A stretch of DNA of 64,000 nt from an uncultured Planctomycetota bacterium. GTDB taxonomy: Bacteria > Planctomycetota > Planctomycetia > Isosphaerales > Isosphaeraceae. Each line of letters opens with the position of its first letter. Position 1 is the stretch's first letter. The notes under the pieces are model-generated. The model did not search any database, was not told the DNA's origin, and saw only the letters and a list, made by a program, of their open reading frames with translations. The DNA is taken from contig CAVZRT010000002.1 in NCBI GenBank assembly GCA_963777705.1, positions 270,575 through 334,574 on the forward strand, written 5' to 3'. This document shows, in pieces, positions 9,996-20,436 of the stretch. The position numbers and the translations under genes were made by a program.

Positions 9996-11065
9996 CAGCG
10001 AAGCTCCATGTTCCCTTCCAAGGCAATCTCCATCTCGTTTTCATCAAATTCGGCAACCAGCAGGCGATCTCCCTTGCGGGCGAGGCGGATCAAGACGCCC
10101 TCTTCCTCGGCATTCTCTCGGGCAGCCTCTTCGAAGGCTTTGATGCAGTCCGAACTGTGAGTAGTGGCGAAGACTTGGACATTAAGTCGGGTTGCCATCT
10201 GAAAGACGGCCTTCCAAAGCTCCGGTTGGACCGAATAATGAATGCCATTTTCGAATTCATCAATGAGCAGAATCCCATCCTCACAATTCACCATCGCCAA
10301 GGCGATGCCGAACGCGCGATTCACGCCGTCGCCCAACGTCTTGAGTGGGGTCGGTGGATCAGGGCCGATCATCTTGACGAAAGGCACTCGATCCGATGAT
10401 TTCCCGATAAATTTAAAAGTAAGCTTTTCGATGAGCGGTGACACAATCTTCACCCCTCGAAGCACATCCTGTTCCAGTGAGGTTAGCGAGATTTCATCCC
10501 ACAATCGCAGCACCGCATCCGTTTGGATGCCGGATGGCGAGACGAACTCGGCCCGAATTTTACGAGACGTCCATTCCGCCACTTCCGACGCGCGAGCCAG
10601 GCGCCCCAACACGCTCCTGGCGGTCGAATCGATGTCGAATGGCTTCCTCAGGTCGCCGACGTGGAAATTCAGTAAGATGGGACCGTCCGGGTCGTCATCC
10701 ATCGGTTCCAATCGAATACGAAAAACCTTTTCATCATCTTCCACAGGTCCGATACGGATTTGTTTCGATTCGTCGATTGAGATCTCCCTCCCGCTGAAAA
10801 TGCTCTCGAATTTGTATAGACTCTTGTCACGAGTGTCACGACGACTTCTGTTCGTCTCTATCTCGTCGCGCGATTCGAGGATTTCGAGCAGGGCCGAATC
10901 GTCACCCAACGCCGCGTAGAGTCGCAACGCTTCCAATAGGCTCGTCTTCCCGACGCTATTCTTCCCAACGATCAGATTCGCCCGGCCCAAACGCTTGATC
11001 TTCAGCTCCCGCAGGCCGCGGAAGTTGTGGATTTCGAGCGAGGGTAGGGCGAGTTCCTTGGCCAT
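9995..11065 (-). CDS. AAA15/ABC-type (OLD-/AriA-like) ATPase
   Basis: Walker A GKNSVGKTSLLEAL, Walker B ILLIDEFENGIH, and TTHS motif (VQVFATTHSSD). SD GAAGGGA lies upstream of the ATG at 11065 (alternative TTG at 11092). GC is about 50% against a flank of about 68%. Confidence 0.7.
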   Translation of the reverse strand: MAKELALPSLEIHNFRGLRELKIKRLGRANLIVGKNSVGKTSLLEALRLYAALGDDSALLEILESRDEIETNRSRRDTRDKSLYKFESIFSGREISIDESKQIRIGPVEDDEKVFRIRLEPMDDDPDGPILLNFHVGDLRKPFDIDSTARSVLGRLARASEVAEWTSRKIRAEFVSPSGIQTDAVLRLWDEISLTSLEQDVLRGVKIVSPLIEKLTFKFIGKSSDRVPFVKMIGPDPPTPLKTLGDGVNRAFGIALAMVNCEDGILLIDEFENGIHYSVQPELWKAVFQMATRLNVQVFATTHSSDCIKAFEEAARENAEEEGVLIRLARKGDRLLVAEFDENEMEIALEGNMELR

Positions 11066-11119
11066 GCGATTTCCCTTCATCCTCCACATCAATCATATCG
11101 CGGGCCGTCTGGAAAAGAA

Positions 11120-12586
11120 TCAACCGTGCCCGTAGCCGCGATCGAACGCCTCGATATCCCGCAAGTGCGCCGAGTAGACCGTGCGGAACGTGTCCTGGTC
11201 GACCGACCACTTGGGCTGATCCTCGGTGTGTCGGTGGCAATGCTCTTCTAACAATCGATGCAAAAACTTGAACAACTGTCGTGGCGTGCGGAGGTTGCCC
11301 AGCGCGTCCTTGAGCGTGTCGTCGGAGACCGTGTCCTCGACGAATTGACGCAGCCTTGGGCCGTCTCCATTGGCCGACGGGGCGCAGGCCTTTAGCCGGT
11401 CGCTTGCCAGGTCGTACAGCGAGGGCCCGGTCCACCTCAGCGGCTTGATCATGTTCAGCTTGTCGGGCCTGGCCTTGTCGTAGAAATCCTTGTCCTCTTT
11501 CTCAAGATAGTACGCCAGCTCGATTGGCAGGAGCAGCTTCACGCCCAGGCCGGGGTGCCTCAGGAATTTGTGGTCGAGCAGGGGCCAGATGAAGGCCCTC
11601 ATCTTGCGCGGGTCGCCCTCGATCATCTGCGGCTCGTCCACGCGGTCGATCAGCACGACCACGCCCGCGTAGCCGAGCGTCTTCAGGACGCCCCGGAACT
11701 TGTCGAGCAATTGATAGCGTTCCTCGCCGCCCGTCTTGCCCGAGTTGGGCAACGGCTGGCCGCTCAGCTCGCTTGGGCGGAACCAGAGCAATTCCCATCG
11801 CAGGGCGGCGGGGTCTCGGCTGAGCACCTTCACGGCCTTGCGGATGTCGCTCGCGTACCACTCGGCGCGGGCGATCCGCCAGCCCCAGTAGAGCCAGCCC
11901 AGCACGATGGGCAGGAGGAACCAGGGCAGGATCTGGATGTTCCTCAAGCCGGGGATGATCGCCAGCAAAAGGCCCACGAACAGGGTCACGCCGAAGCCGA
12001 TTTGCAGGTCGCGACGGCTCCACAACGGGCGGAACCCCGACCGGCGACGCAACCGCGTCCAGCGCCTCTCGATCGGCTCGCCCGTCGATTGGTCGTAGAT
12101 GGCCGCCAGCAAGAGGAGGTCGCGGCGCTGGTCCAGGCTGAGCGCCGAGAGGTCGATTTTCTCCTCGGTCAGGTGGTCGACGAGCTGCGTCACGCTGAGG
12201 GCGAGGATGGCGTCCATGTGGTCCTGGAGCTTCCAACGCTTCAGGGCGTCGGTCGCGTCCTTGGCCTTGGTCGCCCCGCGGAAATGGTCGAGATAGGGGT
12301 TGAAATCGTCGTAGGAGACGACGAAAACGCGTTCCTTGGGATGGGCTTCGTTGTAGGCGTCCAGCTCGGCGGTGGCCTGGAGCCGCAGGGCCGTCTTGCC
12401 GCTACCCTTCTCGCCGAACACCAGCGCCGTCGAGGGATTCTCGGGGCTGCCGAAGAATTTGGACCAGGCGGGATGATGGATCTTCCAGAGGCATTCGCGC
12501 TTGAACACGGTGTCGGTCTGCGCGTCCTCCTCGCTGAACGGATTGCCCGAGATGCCGTAATGGCCCAGGAACTGGTCAATCTTCAT
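11120..12586 (-). CDS. KAP-family P-loop NTPase (membrane-inserted NTPase)
   Basis: Walker A GEKGSGKTALR. Two hydrophobic helices (IGFGVTLFVGLLLAIIPGL, ILPWFLLPIVLGWLYWGW) inserted between Walker A and Walker B (VVVLIDRVDE), which is the diagnostic KAP architecture. SD GAGGGA before the ATG at 12586. Confidence 0.6.
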   Translation of the reverse strand: MKIDQFLGHYGISGNPFSEEDAQTDTVFKRECLWKIHHPAWSKFFGSPENPSTALVFGEKGSGKTALRLQATAELDAYNEAHPKERVFVVSYDDFNPYLDHFRGATKAKDATDALKRWKLQDHMDAILALSVTQLVDHLTEEKIDLSALSLDQRRDLLLLAAIYDQSTGEPIERRWTRLRRRSGFRPLWSRRDLQIGFGVTLFVGLLLAIIPGLRNIQILPWFLLPIVLGWLYWGWRIARAEWYASDIRKAVKVLSRDPAALRWELLWFRPSELSGQPLPNSGKTGGEERYQLLDKFRGVLKTLGYAGVVVLIDRVDEPQMIEGDPRKMRAFIWPLLDHKFLRHPGLGVKLLLPIELAYYLEKEDKDFYDKARPDKLNMIKPLRWTGPSLYDLASDRLKACAPSANGDGPRLRQFVEDTVSDDTLKDALGNLRTPRQLFKFLHRLLEEHCHRHTEDQPKWSVDQDTFRTVYSAHLRDIEAFDRGYGHG

Positions 12587-12688
12587 CGATCCCTCATGCG
12601 CAGACCGCGAAACCTCGTGCGAAGGCAAATTGCCCCGCCCCTCTTTCTTACCCGCTCGCCGGCCCGAACGCAATGCGAGCAACGGGCG

Positions 12689-13935
12689 TCATCGCTTGGT
12701 GATCGCCGCCTTCGCCGCCGATCGGACCGCCTCGTCCGCGTCGGAATTGGCCGCTTGCGTCAACGCCGTTTGCGCCCGATCCGGGTCGATCCTGCCCAGC
12801 GCGACGGCCGAGGCGCGGCGGACCTTCGCGTCGGGATCGCCGAGGGTGCGGATCAGGTCGGGCACGAGTTCGCGCGCCGGGGGGCCGCTCTGGCCGAGGG
12901 ATTCTGCCGCCATTCGGCGAACCCTGTTGTCCGGATCGGCCAGATTCGCCCTCAAATCGGGTAGGAATTGCTCGCGGAATTCGCGAATCTTGCCCCTCGA
13001 TTCCTGCGATATCGCGTTCGACGAGGCCGCGATGATGTTCCGGCAGTCGGGCGGCAAGCTTCCTCATCGCGGGCAAGGCCGATTCCGCATCGATGCCCAT
13101 CCTCCCCAGGGCGTGAGCCGCCCGTGTTCCTGCCACGTCCCAGGGATCGTCCAACGCCCGCACCAATGCGGGCACGAGCTGGCGGGCCTTGCCGCCGAAA
13201 GACTGGACCACTACCGCAGTATCCCTCCGCATTTCCCGATCTGCGTCGTTGAGACCTCGGGACAGGAAGTCGAGGACCTCCGGAGAAATCTCGGGATCGC
13301 CGCCCCAGTATTGCAGCAGGTGCAATGCATGCCGTCGCTCGCGGAGATCGGAACTCCTCGCCGATTTCAGGATCTGCGGCGCGTGCCTCGGGGTCACCCG
13401 CATTCGATCGCATCAAGACGTAGATGGCCTGCCAGCGATCGGCCCCCTGGCCATCCCGGGCGGTCGCCACCAGGACATTGCGGGCCGATTCCACCGACTC
13501 GTTGAGCCTCCGTAGTTGCGTGGCGGCTTGCAGGCGGACGGCCGGGTCGCGGTCGGCGAGCAGTCGCTCGATCGCCCCAAGGAAGGGCTTCTCCCAGAGC
13601 GGTAGCATCGTCTCTCGCGAGCCCTGCGGATCGTCGTTCCGCAAGGAGTTCAGGGCGTAAGCGAGGCCGTCGGCGGCGCGGGCACGGACGACGCCATCGG
13701 CATCGTTGCTGGCCTGGAGCAGCGACTCGAACGTTTCGGGCCGCATCTCCGTCCAGATCCCCAGCACTCCCGCGCGCCTCGCCTCGATATTGCCATAACG
13801 CACCTGGCGGAGGGCCAGCCTGTAGGGATTATACACCTCCTCGCGATACCGGCTCACGGCCAGATAGGCCGCGATCGCCGCCACGATCCCGAGGAAGTGC
13901 CACACCCGCAACTTCGGCACTTTCAGGAACTTCAT
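12689..13935 (-). CDS. HEAT-repeat (PBS-lyase-type) protein with N-terminal TM anchor, carrying 2 apparent frameshifts
   Basis: N-terminal MKFLKVPKLRVWHFLGIVAAIAAYLAV. Repeated D-P/D-A-x-V-R-x-x-A motifs across three reading frames (DPAVRLQAATQLRRL; DADREMRRDTAVVV; DPDAKVRRASAVALGRI; DADEAVRSAAKAAI). Confidence 0.6.
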
Positions 13936-14195
13936 CGCGGCCCATCCCCTCGCGAGCGAATTCGGAGATAAGATGAGTCTATAAATCCCCGCTCCGGCAG
14001 GCAACGAAGAAATTCGGAGCTTGTTTCTCGCGATAGGAGGGTTCGTCCTTCGCGATATTCCGGAGAGGCGGGATGAGTCGCGCTTCGCGGCAATGCTTTC
14101 GCGGATGCCCTGCATCGTTGAGGGGACACGAGGGGCTTTTGCGCATCCCCAGATTGACGAAATGCTGCTGGTTCGCGGCGAGACACCAGGCGAAA

Positions 14196-14984
14196 ATGAA
14201 ACTCGTGAAACGACTTATCGCTCGCATCGCCATCCTGAGCCTGTTCGCCGCGGTGCCGGCCGGATGCGGCCCGTCGTCGGGCGGGAAGACGGCCGTCGAG
14301 CCGCTTCGTATCGCCGCCGCCAGCGACCTGCGCATCGTCCTGCCTCGATTGGTCGAGCGGTTCAAGGCGACCCGCCAGATGGAGGTGGAATGCACATTCG
14401 GCGCCTCGGGACAGCTCGCCCAGCAGGTTCGCCAGGGCGCTCCGTTCGACGTGTTTCTTGCCGCCAATCGCCGCTTCGTGGCCGACCTTGCCAGGGATGG
14501 CCTCGTGCGCAAGGATTCGGTCCGCGATTATGCCAGGGGCACGCTCGTCCTGGCGATCCACAGGGACTCGGCCGATTCGATCCGCTCCCTTGCCGACCTC
14601 ACGAAGCCAGGCATCAAGCACGTGGCGATCGCCAATCCCGAGCTTGCCCCGTATGGGATGGCCGGGAAGCAGGCGATCGAACGTGCCGGCCTCTGGGAGG
14701 AAATTGCCCCGAAGATCGCGCAATCGGAGACGGTCGCGCAGGCGCTTCAATTCGTGCAGACGGGCAACGCCGAGGCGGGCTTCGTCGGGCGATCCGGCGT
14801 GGCCGAGGCGGGAGTTTACGTGCTCGCGGTCGATCCGCTCCTGTATGATCCGATCATCCAGGCGATGGGGATCCCGAGCGACTCGAAACGCATCGACGAT
14901 GCCGCGGCGTTCGCGGCGTTCGTCCTCTCGAAGGAGGGCCAGGCGATCCTTCGCGAAAGTGGATTTGAGGCACCTCCCCGATGA
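14196..14984 (+). CDS. modA: Molybdate ABC transporter substrate-binding protein ModA
   Basis: Signal peptide/lipobox-like start MKLVKRLIARIAILSLFAAVPAGC. ModA-family similarity throughout (AASDLR...FGASGQLAQQV..GAPFDVFLAAN...GTLVLAI). Confidence 0.85.
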   Translation: MKLVKRLIARIAILSLFAAVPAGCGPSSGGKTAVEPLRIAAASDLRIVLPRLVERFKATRQMEVECTFGASGQLAQQVRQGAPFDVFLAANRRFVADLARDGLVRKDSVRDYARGTLVLAIHRDSADSIRSLADLTKPGIKHVAIANPELAPYGMAGKQAIERAGLWEEIAPKIAQSETVAQALQFVQTGNAEAGFVGRSGVAEAGVYVLAVDPLLYDPIIQAMGIPSDSKRIDDAAAFAAFVLSKEGQAILRESGFEAPPR

Positions 14985-14996
14985 TTCGAAGCGGAG

Positions 14997-16100
14997 GTGA
15001 GATTCATGACCAGGCAAGCAAGGCCATTCCGGGTGGGCACGCTCATGCTGCTGGTCGCGGCGGTTGCGGTCCTGCTGGCGTCGCTCGACTGGTGGGTCAG
15101 AATGGAGCAGGCCCTGAGCCCGTCGAGGATCATCGAGGTCGAGGTTCGGAACGCCTTGCCGGGCCGGCCGATCTCGGGCGAGCGGCTCGTGCGTCCCGAC
15201 GGGACCATCTCCCTGGGCTTCTACGGCGATGTTTACGTGGCGGGGCTGACGCCCACTGAGGTCAGGGAGAAAATTGCGAAACAACTGCTCAAACACTTGA
15301 CCGAGGAGGAACTCGGACTGGTCAGGATTCGGAAAGGACCGGAGGATTTCGGATGGCGGCTGACACAAGTCCCGCTCGCACAATCGGAGTGGTTCAAGGT
15401 TCGCGTCGTGAGGCCCAACGTGCTGACTCCCTTCGAGCGACTGTGGCCCTTCTCGCTGTCCGTTCGCGTCGCCTCGCTTGCAACTTTGCTCATCGTCTTA
15501 ATCGGCTTGCCGATTGCCTACCTGCTGGCCCGGACGCGATTCTTCGGCAAGGATTTCCTCTCCGGGTTGATGCTCTTGCCGCTGGTCTTGCCGCCGACCG
15601 TGGTGGGATTCGCGCTGCTCCAGATTTTCGGACGCAGGGCGCCGCTGGGGATGTGGCTGGAATCGTGGTTCGGGATCGTGCTGGTGTTCCACTGGACGGG
15701 TGCCGTGCTCGCGTCGTCGGTGGCGGCTTTTCCGCTGTTCTTGATCCCGGCCCGCGCGGCGTTCGAGGCGGTCGATCCGGGGCTGGAGGACGTGGCCCGA
15801 TTGCTCGGCCGGGGCGAATTCTCGGTGTTCTCGCGGGTCACCTTGCCGCTGGCCTGGCGAGGGTTGATCTCGGGCACGGTCCTCGCGTTCGCCCGCGCCC
15901 TGGGGGATTTCGGGACGACCTTGATGGTCGCGGGCAACCTGCCGGGCCGCACGCAGACGGCTTCGCTGGCGATTTACGACGCCGTCCTGGCCGATCACAC
16001 CGAGATGGCCTGGCTCTTTTCCGCGCTCATCGCCGCGACGTCCATTGCCGCCCTGGCCCTCGTCCAGAAGGTCCAGCCGGCTCGCGGGGCCGGGCGATGA
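14997..16100 (+). CDS. modB: Molybdate ABC transporter permease ModB with an unusual 140-aa N-terminal extension carrying a Poly_export/SLBB-like motif
   Basis: The C-terminal 230 aa align with ModB (LPLVLPPTVVGFALLQIFGRR..., EAA-like loop ALGDFGTTLMVAGN). The N-terminal part has a TM helix plus RPDGTISLGFYGDVYVAGLTPTEVREKIAKQL, a polysaccharide-export-type motif, in the same frame with no intervening stop. Confidence 0.75.
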   Translation: MRFMTRQARPFRVGTLMLLVAAVAVLLASLDWWVRMEQALSPSRIIEVEVRNALPGRPISGERLVRPDGTISLGFYGDVYVAGLTPTEVREKIAKQLLKHLTEEELGLVRIRKGPEDFGWRLTQVPLAQSEWFKVRVVRPNVLTPFERLWPFSLSVRVASLATLLIVLIGLPIAYLLARTRFFGKDFLSGLMLLPLVLPPTVVGFALLQIFGRRAPLGMWLESWFGIVLVFHWTGAVLASSVAAFPLFLIPARAAFEAVDPGLEDVARLLGRGEFSVFSRVTLPLAWRGLISGTVLAFARALGDFGTTLMVAGNLPGRTQTASLAIYDAVLADHTEMAWLFSALIAATSIAALALVQKVQPARGAGR

Positions 16101-17201
16101 GTTCCCGCTTGCAGGCGTCCGTGGCCCGGCAAATTCATCCTGCCTTGCGGCTGGACGTTGCTATGGAACTCAATTGCGAATGCGGCGTGGTTTTCGGGCC
16201 GTCCGGCGCCGGGAAGACCAGCCTTTTGCGACTGATCGCCGGACTCGACCGGCCCGATTCCGGCCGGGTTCGCGTCGACGGTGCCACGTGGTTCGACGCC
16301 GAGCAAAACGTCCATCTCCCGCTCCGATCCCGCCGCGTCGGGATGATTTTCCAGGACGATCGATTGTTCCCGCATCTGGACGTGAGGGCCAACGTCCGGT
16401 TCGGGCTGAAGGGGCGAAGTCGCGACGAGATCGCGCAGTCGATCGGCCGAGGTTGCCTCCATCTGCGGGATCGAAGGCCTGCTGGATCGCCGGCCCGACA
16501 CGCTCTCGGGAGGCGAGAGGCAAAGGGTCGGCCTGGCGAGGGCGCTGGCGCCGGGGCCGCGATTGTTGCTCGCCGATGAGCCGGTCTCGGCGCTGGACCT
16601 TGACTCGCGATTCGCGCTGATCGAGCGCCTGCGGCAGGTCCCGAACATCGAGGGCATCCCCGTGCTGATGGTCACGCATGCCCCCTCCGAAGCGATCGCG
16701 CTGGGCGGCCCTGTGTTCGTGATGGAGCGGGGGAAGATCATCGATCAGGGCCCGCCCGTCGACGTGCTGGCTCGTCGCCGCGCCGGCTCGTCGAAGCTGG
16801 ACGACATCCAGAACGTGCTTCGCGGGAAGGTCGTCGGGCATTCGCACGCCGCGGGCGAGACTTGCATCGAGCTTGACGGCGGCCCTCGCCTGATCGTGCC
16901 CCATGGGGACATCTCAATCGACTCGCGCGCCAACATCCAGATCCGAGGTGATGAGATTGTGCTGGCCCGGGGCGAGATCGCCGGCCTGAGTGCCCGCAAC
17001 CTGATCGGCGGGGTCGTCGATCGCATCCTGCCCCACGATGGCGGCGCCGAGGTCATCGTCCGGACCGGCGAGGTCGAGTGGATCGTGAGCGTGGTGGCGT
17101 CGGCGATCGAGTCGCTGCAACTGGGGCCGGGGTCTCGCGTGTCGATGATCATCAAGGCGAGGAGCTGTCGGGTGCAGGAAATGCACCGGTTTTCATGCTA
17201 G
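16097..17201 (+). CDS. modC: Molybdate ABC transporter ATP-binding protein ModC (one frameshift near 16448)
   Basis: ATG overlaps the modB stop (ATGA). Walker A GPSGAGKTSLLR, signature LSGGERQRVGLARAL, Walker B LLLADEPVSALD, and a C-terminal TOBE/MOP-like domain. The N-terminal and C-terminal halves lie in different frames. Confidence 0.8.
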
Positions 17202-18415
17202 AAAACGCCCGAGCAACGCCGCCATCTCGGTGGCGTTGGGGATCTCCTTGAACCGCAGGACCGGCCCCTTCAACTCGCCGAGGGCTTCTTCATCCACCTT
17301 GAATTTCTCGGAGATCGCCAGCAAGTAGCGGGGCGGGCCGTGCTGGGGCAAGAGGCGCATCGAGTCGTTCCAGGCTCGATTTCTTCCAGAATCCGAGCAC
17401 TTCCACGAGGACGTCGGTGCCGGTTTTCTTGTGGGCGAACCTGTAATCGGGGACCCACACGCCCTCGCGACCTAGCTCGACGATCTCGGTCGACTCGGTC
17501 ACCTCCCACGCCGGGCACGACCTGCCGGAAGCGTTCGACGAACGCGTTCAGTTCGGGCGGCACGTACGTCCCTGCATCCTGGTAGTGCGAGATCAGGCCG
17601 TCGGACGATTCGAGGTGGAAGGTGCGAGGTTCGCGCTTCGGGCCCCACCGCAGCTCGGCGTCGAGCCGGAAGTCGTCGCACAGGAGCAACGCGGGCAGGA
17701 ACATGGCCATCTGGAGGCCGTATTTCGTGGTCGAGGAAAACAGGCTGAGCGGGCCGTCGATGTGGAACGTGTAGCCCTGGGCCATCGACCCGTCCACGCG
17801 ATGCAAAAGGCGGTGGAACTTGAGCCATCGGAACAGTTGGCGATAGCGTTGCGGCTTCTCGCGACGCACCTCCGCCGTCACCAGGACCGACCGCAGCAGG
17901 ACCGCTTGCGCCAGCGCCACGTTGTAGCGATCGACGAGCCGTTGCGCGCTCAGGTCGTCGAACGTGAGCATCCGGGCCTCGTCCTTGAGGTCGGCGAACA
18001 GGCTAGACTCCACCTTGATCGGGTCGATGCCCATCTCGTCGGCCACCTGCTGCAACACGACCTCGGCGCGGAAGTGCTCCCTGCGCCCGGCGGCCTTCAG
18101 CTCCTTCCTGTGGGCAGCGGCGGCGGCGAAGACCTTCTCTCGCAGGACGTCGGGCGGGACGTCGGCGACCATCTCGAACTCGCACCGATCCTCCAGGACC
18201 TTGGCGAGGCCGCGATGCGCCAACGTCTTGGGGTCGTCTCCCAGGAGTTCGTCGATCTCGGCCTCGATCTCGCCGCGGGTCGTGCCCACGCCCTCGCGAT
18301 AGATGAGCAGGAGGCTCTCGGCGGCCTCCAGCCACGAGGGGTCGTCTCGCTTCAGATAGAGCGGGATCACGCGGGCCTTCGAGGTGCGGACGCGGACGAG
18401 GTTGCCGGTGAGCAT
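17194..18415 (-). CDS. Bax1-like DUF790 nuclease (XPB-partner nuclease), with 2 apparent frameshifts
   Basis: Starts 6 nt after the XPB stop. The C-terminal region has a PD-(D/E)xK-like motif (VWVPDYRF...VLVEVLGFW). Its 3' end overlaps convergently with the end of modC. Confidence 0.6.
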
Positions 18416-18421
18416 GCGTCG

Positions 18422-19809
18422 TCAATCCCCCCCGTAGGCGCCGTGCTGCCTGCGGCGATTCGAGGTGAATTCCTCGGCGGTGCCGCGCGTGACGACCTCG
18501 TAGAGCGTGGCCTCTTTATCGCCGGATTTCCGCAGGATTCGCCCCAATCTCTGCACGTGCTCGCGGACGCTCCCCGATCCCGACAGGATCACGGCCACGT
18601 TCGCCTCGGGCACGTTCACGCCCTCGTTCAAGACGCGCGAGGTGGCCACGATCGGGTATTCTCCCGAGTTGAATTTCATCAGGATATCGCGGCGTTCCTT
18701 GGTCTTCGTCTGGTGGGTGATGACCGGCACCAGGAACTGGCGAGCGATCTTGTAGACGGTGGCATTGTCGTGCGTGAAGATGAGGACGCGGTCGCCGTTG
18801 TGCCGGTCGAGCAGCCGCGAGAGCAATTCGAGCTTCGCGGGGGCCGCGAGCGACAGGTCCCTCTGCTCGCGATAGCTCAGGTAAGCCTGTCGGCCTTCGG
18901 GCGAGCGATGCGCCTGGAAGAGGAACTGGCCCCACGCGCCCGGGCGCCTCAGGTCGATCCCGCTTTCCGAGAGGAATCCGCGATAGGTCTCGCGGCAGAA
19001 TTCGTATCGCAGGCGTTCGGCGTCGGTCAGGTTCACGTAGAGCATCTCGACGCGATAATCGGCAAGGAACTCGCCCCGCAACTGCGTGATCTCGCGGCGA
19101 TAGACGATCGGGCCGATCAGGCGATCGGTCTGGAAATGGGCGTTGTCGGCCCGTTCGGGAGTTGCCGTCAAACCCAATCGGAACGGGGCGAGCGAGCAGG
19201 ACGCCGCCAGGCCATAGGTCGGGCCGGGAAGGTGGTGGCATTCGTCGAAGATGAGCAACCCGAACTGGTTGCCGATCCGGTCCATGTTCATGTAGGCGGA
19301 ATCGTAGGTGGTGACGGTCAACGGCTTGATGTCATAGGAGCCGCCGCCCAAGAGGCCGACCTCGGTGGCGAAGGTCACGCTCAGCTCGTCGTACCACTGG
19401 TTGAGCAGGTCGATGGTGGGCGTGACGACCAGCGCGGGCGCCCGGCCTTCTGGATGCACAAATTGGCGAGGTGCGTCTTGCCGGTGCCGGTGGGCAGGAC
19501 GACCACGCCGCGCTTGCCGCATCGGTCCCAGGCCGCGAGCCCCTCGGTTTGATGAGGGAACGCGGGCTTGTCGATGCGGATCGTCCAGTTCGCGACCTGA
19601 TAGGCACGGGCGTCGTCGGCGTAGTCGATCTTCTGCTGTCGCAGGTATTCGATGATCCCCCGATACTCGATCGCCTCGGCGCGGAATGACCCCGATCGCA
19701 GGTCCCGCTTCAATCCGGGGATGCCGCGCGAATCGTCCTCGGGCAGCCCTTCCACGAGGATCGTGCCCGAGTCGAACGAGAGCCGCAATTTTGGGAGATC
19801 GGAGGTCAT
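18422..19809 (-). CDS. XPB/ERCC3-type superfamily-2 DNA helicase (frameshift near 19430)
   Basis: N-terminal damage-recognition-like domain (MTSDLPKLRLSFDSGTILVEG). Motif I VVVLPTGTGKT, motif II LLIFDECHH, and a C-terminal helicase domain with RED-like region (TATPER, QRLGRILR). The N-terminal piece is in a different frame from the long ORF. Confidence 0.75.
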
Positions 19810-20407
19810 GCCGGATCGGCCCCGGGCCTCTGGATGCGACGCATGAGCCATCCGAAGATCTCGGCGGAAGGGATGACGAGGCCGGGCAGGATTGGACCGA
19901 AGTCGATCGCGCCGTCGGGCGTTGGCGTCTCGACCTCGCGCCGGGCCGGTAAATCTCGATAAGCTTGCGATAGGGATGGACGAGGATACCCAGAGTGCAA
20001 CCGTGCGACGTCGAGTGGATCAGTTTCTCACGAGATCGTTTGACGCGGCGGTCGGGGGAGATGATTTCGACGTGGATGTCGGGAGGGATGGGGGTATCCT
20101 CGACTAGTCGACCATCGGGGTTGTAGGCGAGGTGATCCGACCTCAGGAAGCAGACGTCGGGGAGGATCGATCGCCCCGCGAATGTGCACCGAAGTTCCAG
20201 GAACGCCATGCCCAGGCCCGATCGCTCGGCGAACCCATCGATGGAATTATAGAGCTTCCCCTGGATGACGCTATGGTGCTTCTGGGGTGCCACTTTCGCC
20301 TTGATCCTCCCGTCGATGTATTCCCAACCCGGGCTCTCCTCGATGCCCGGCATGCGGAGGAACTCCTCCAGCGTGACGACCTTGCGGACTCGCGGCGATG
20401 TGGACAT
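19806..20407 (-). CDS. Uma2-family (DUF820) PD-(D/E)xK endonuclease (frameshifted near its C-terminus)
   Basis: MSTSPRVRKVVTLEEFLRMP...WEYIDGRI...PDVCFL...PDIHVEIISPDRR...KLIEIYRP, then the C-terminal ILPGLVIPSAEIFGWL in another frame. The stop overlaps the XPB start (ATGA). Confidence 0.6.
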
Positions 20408-20436
20408 GCTCGGCTCCCGTTCTCGACGATTCCCGA

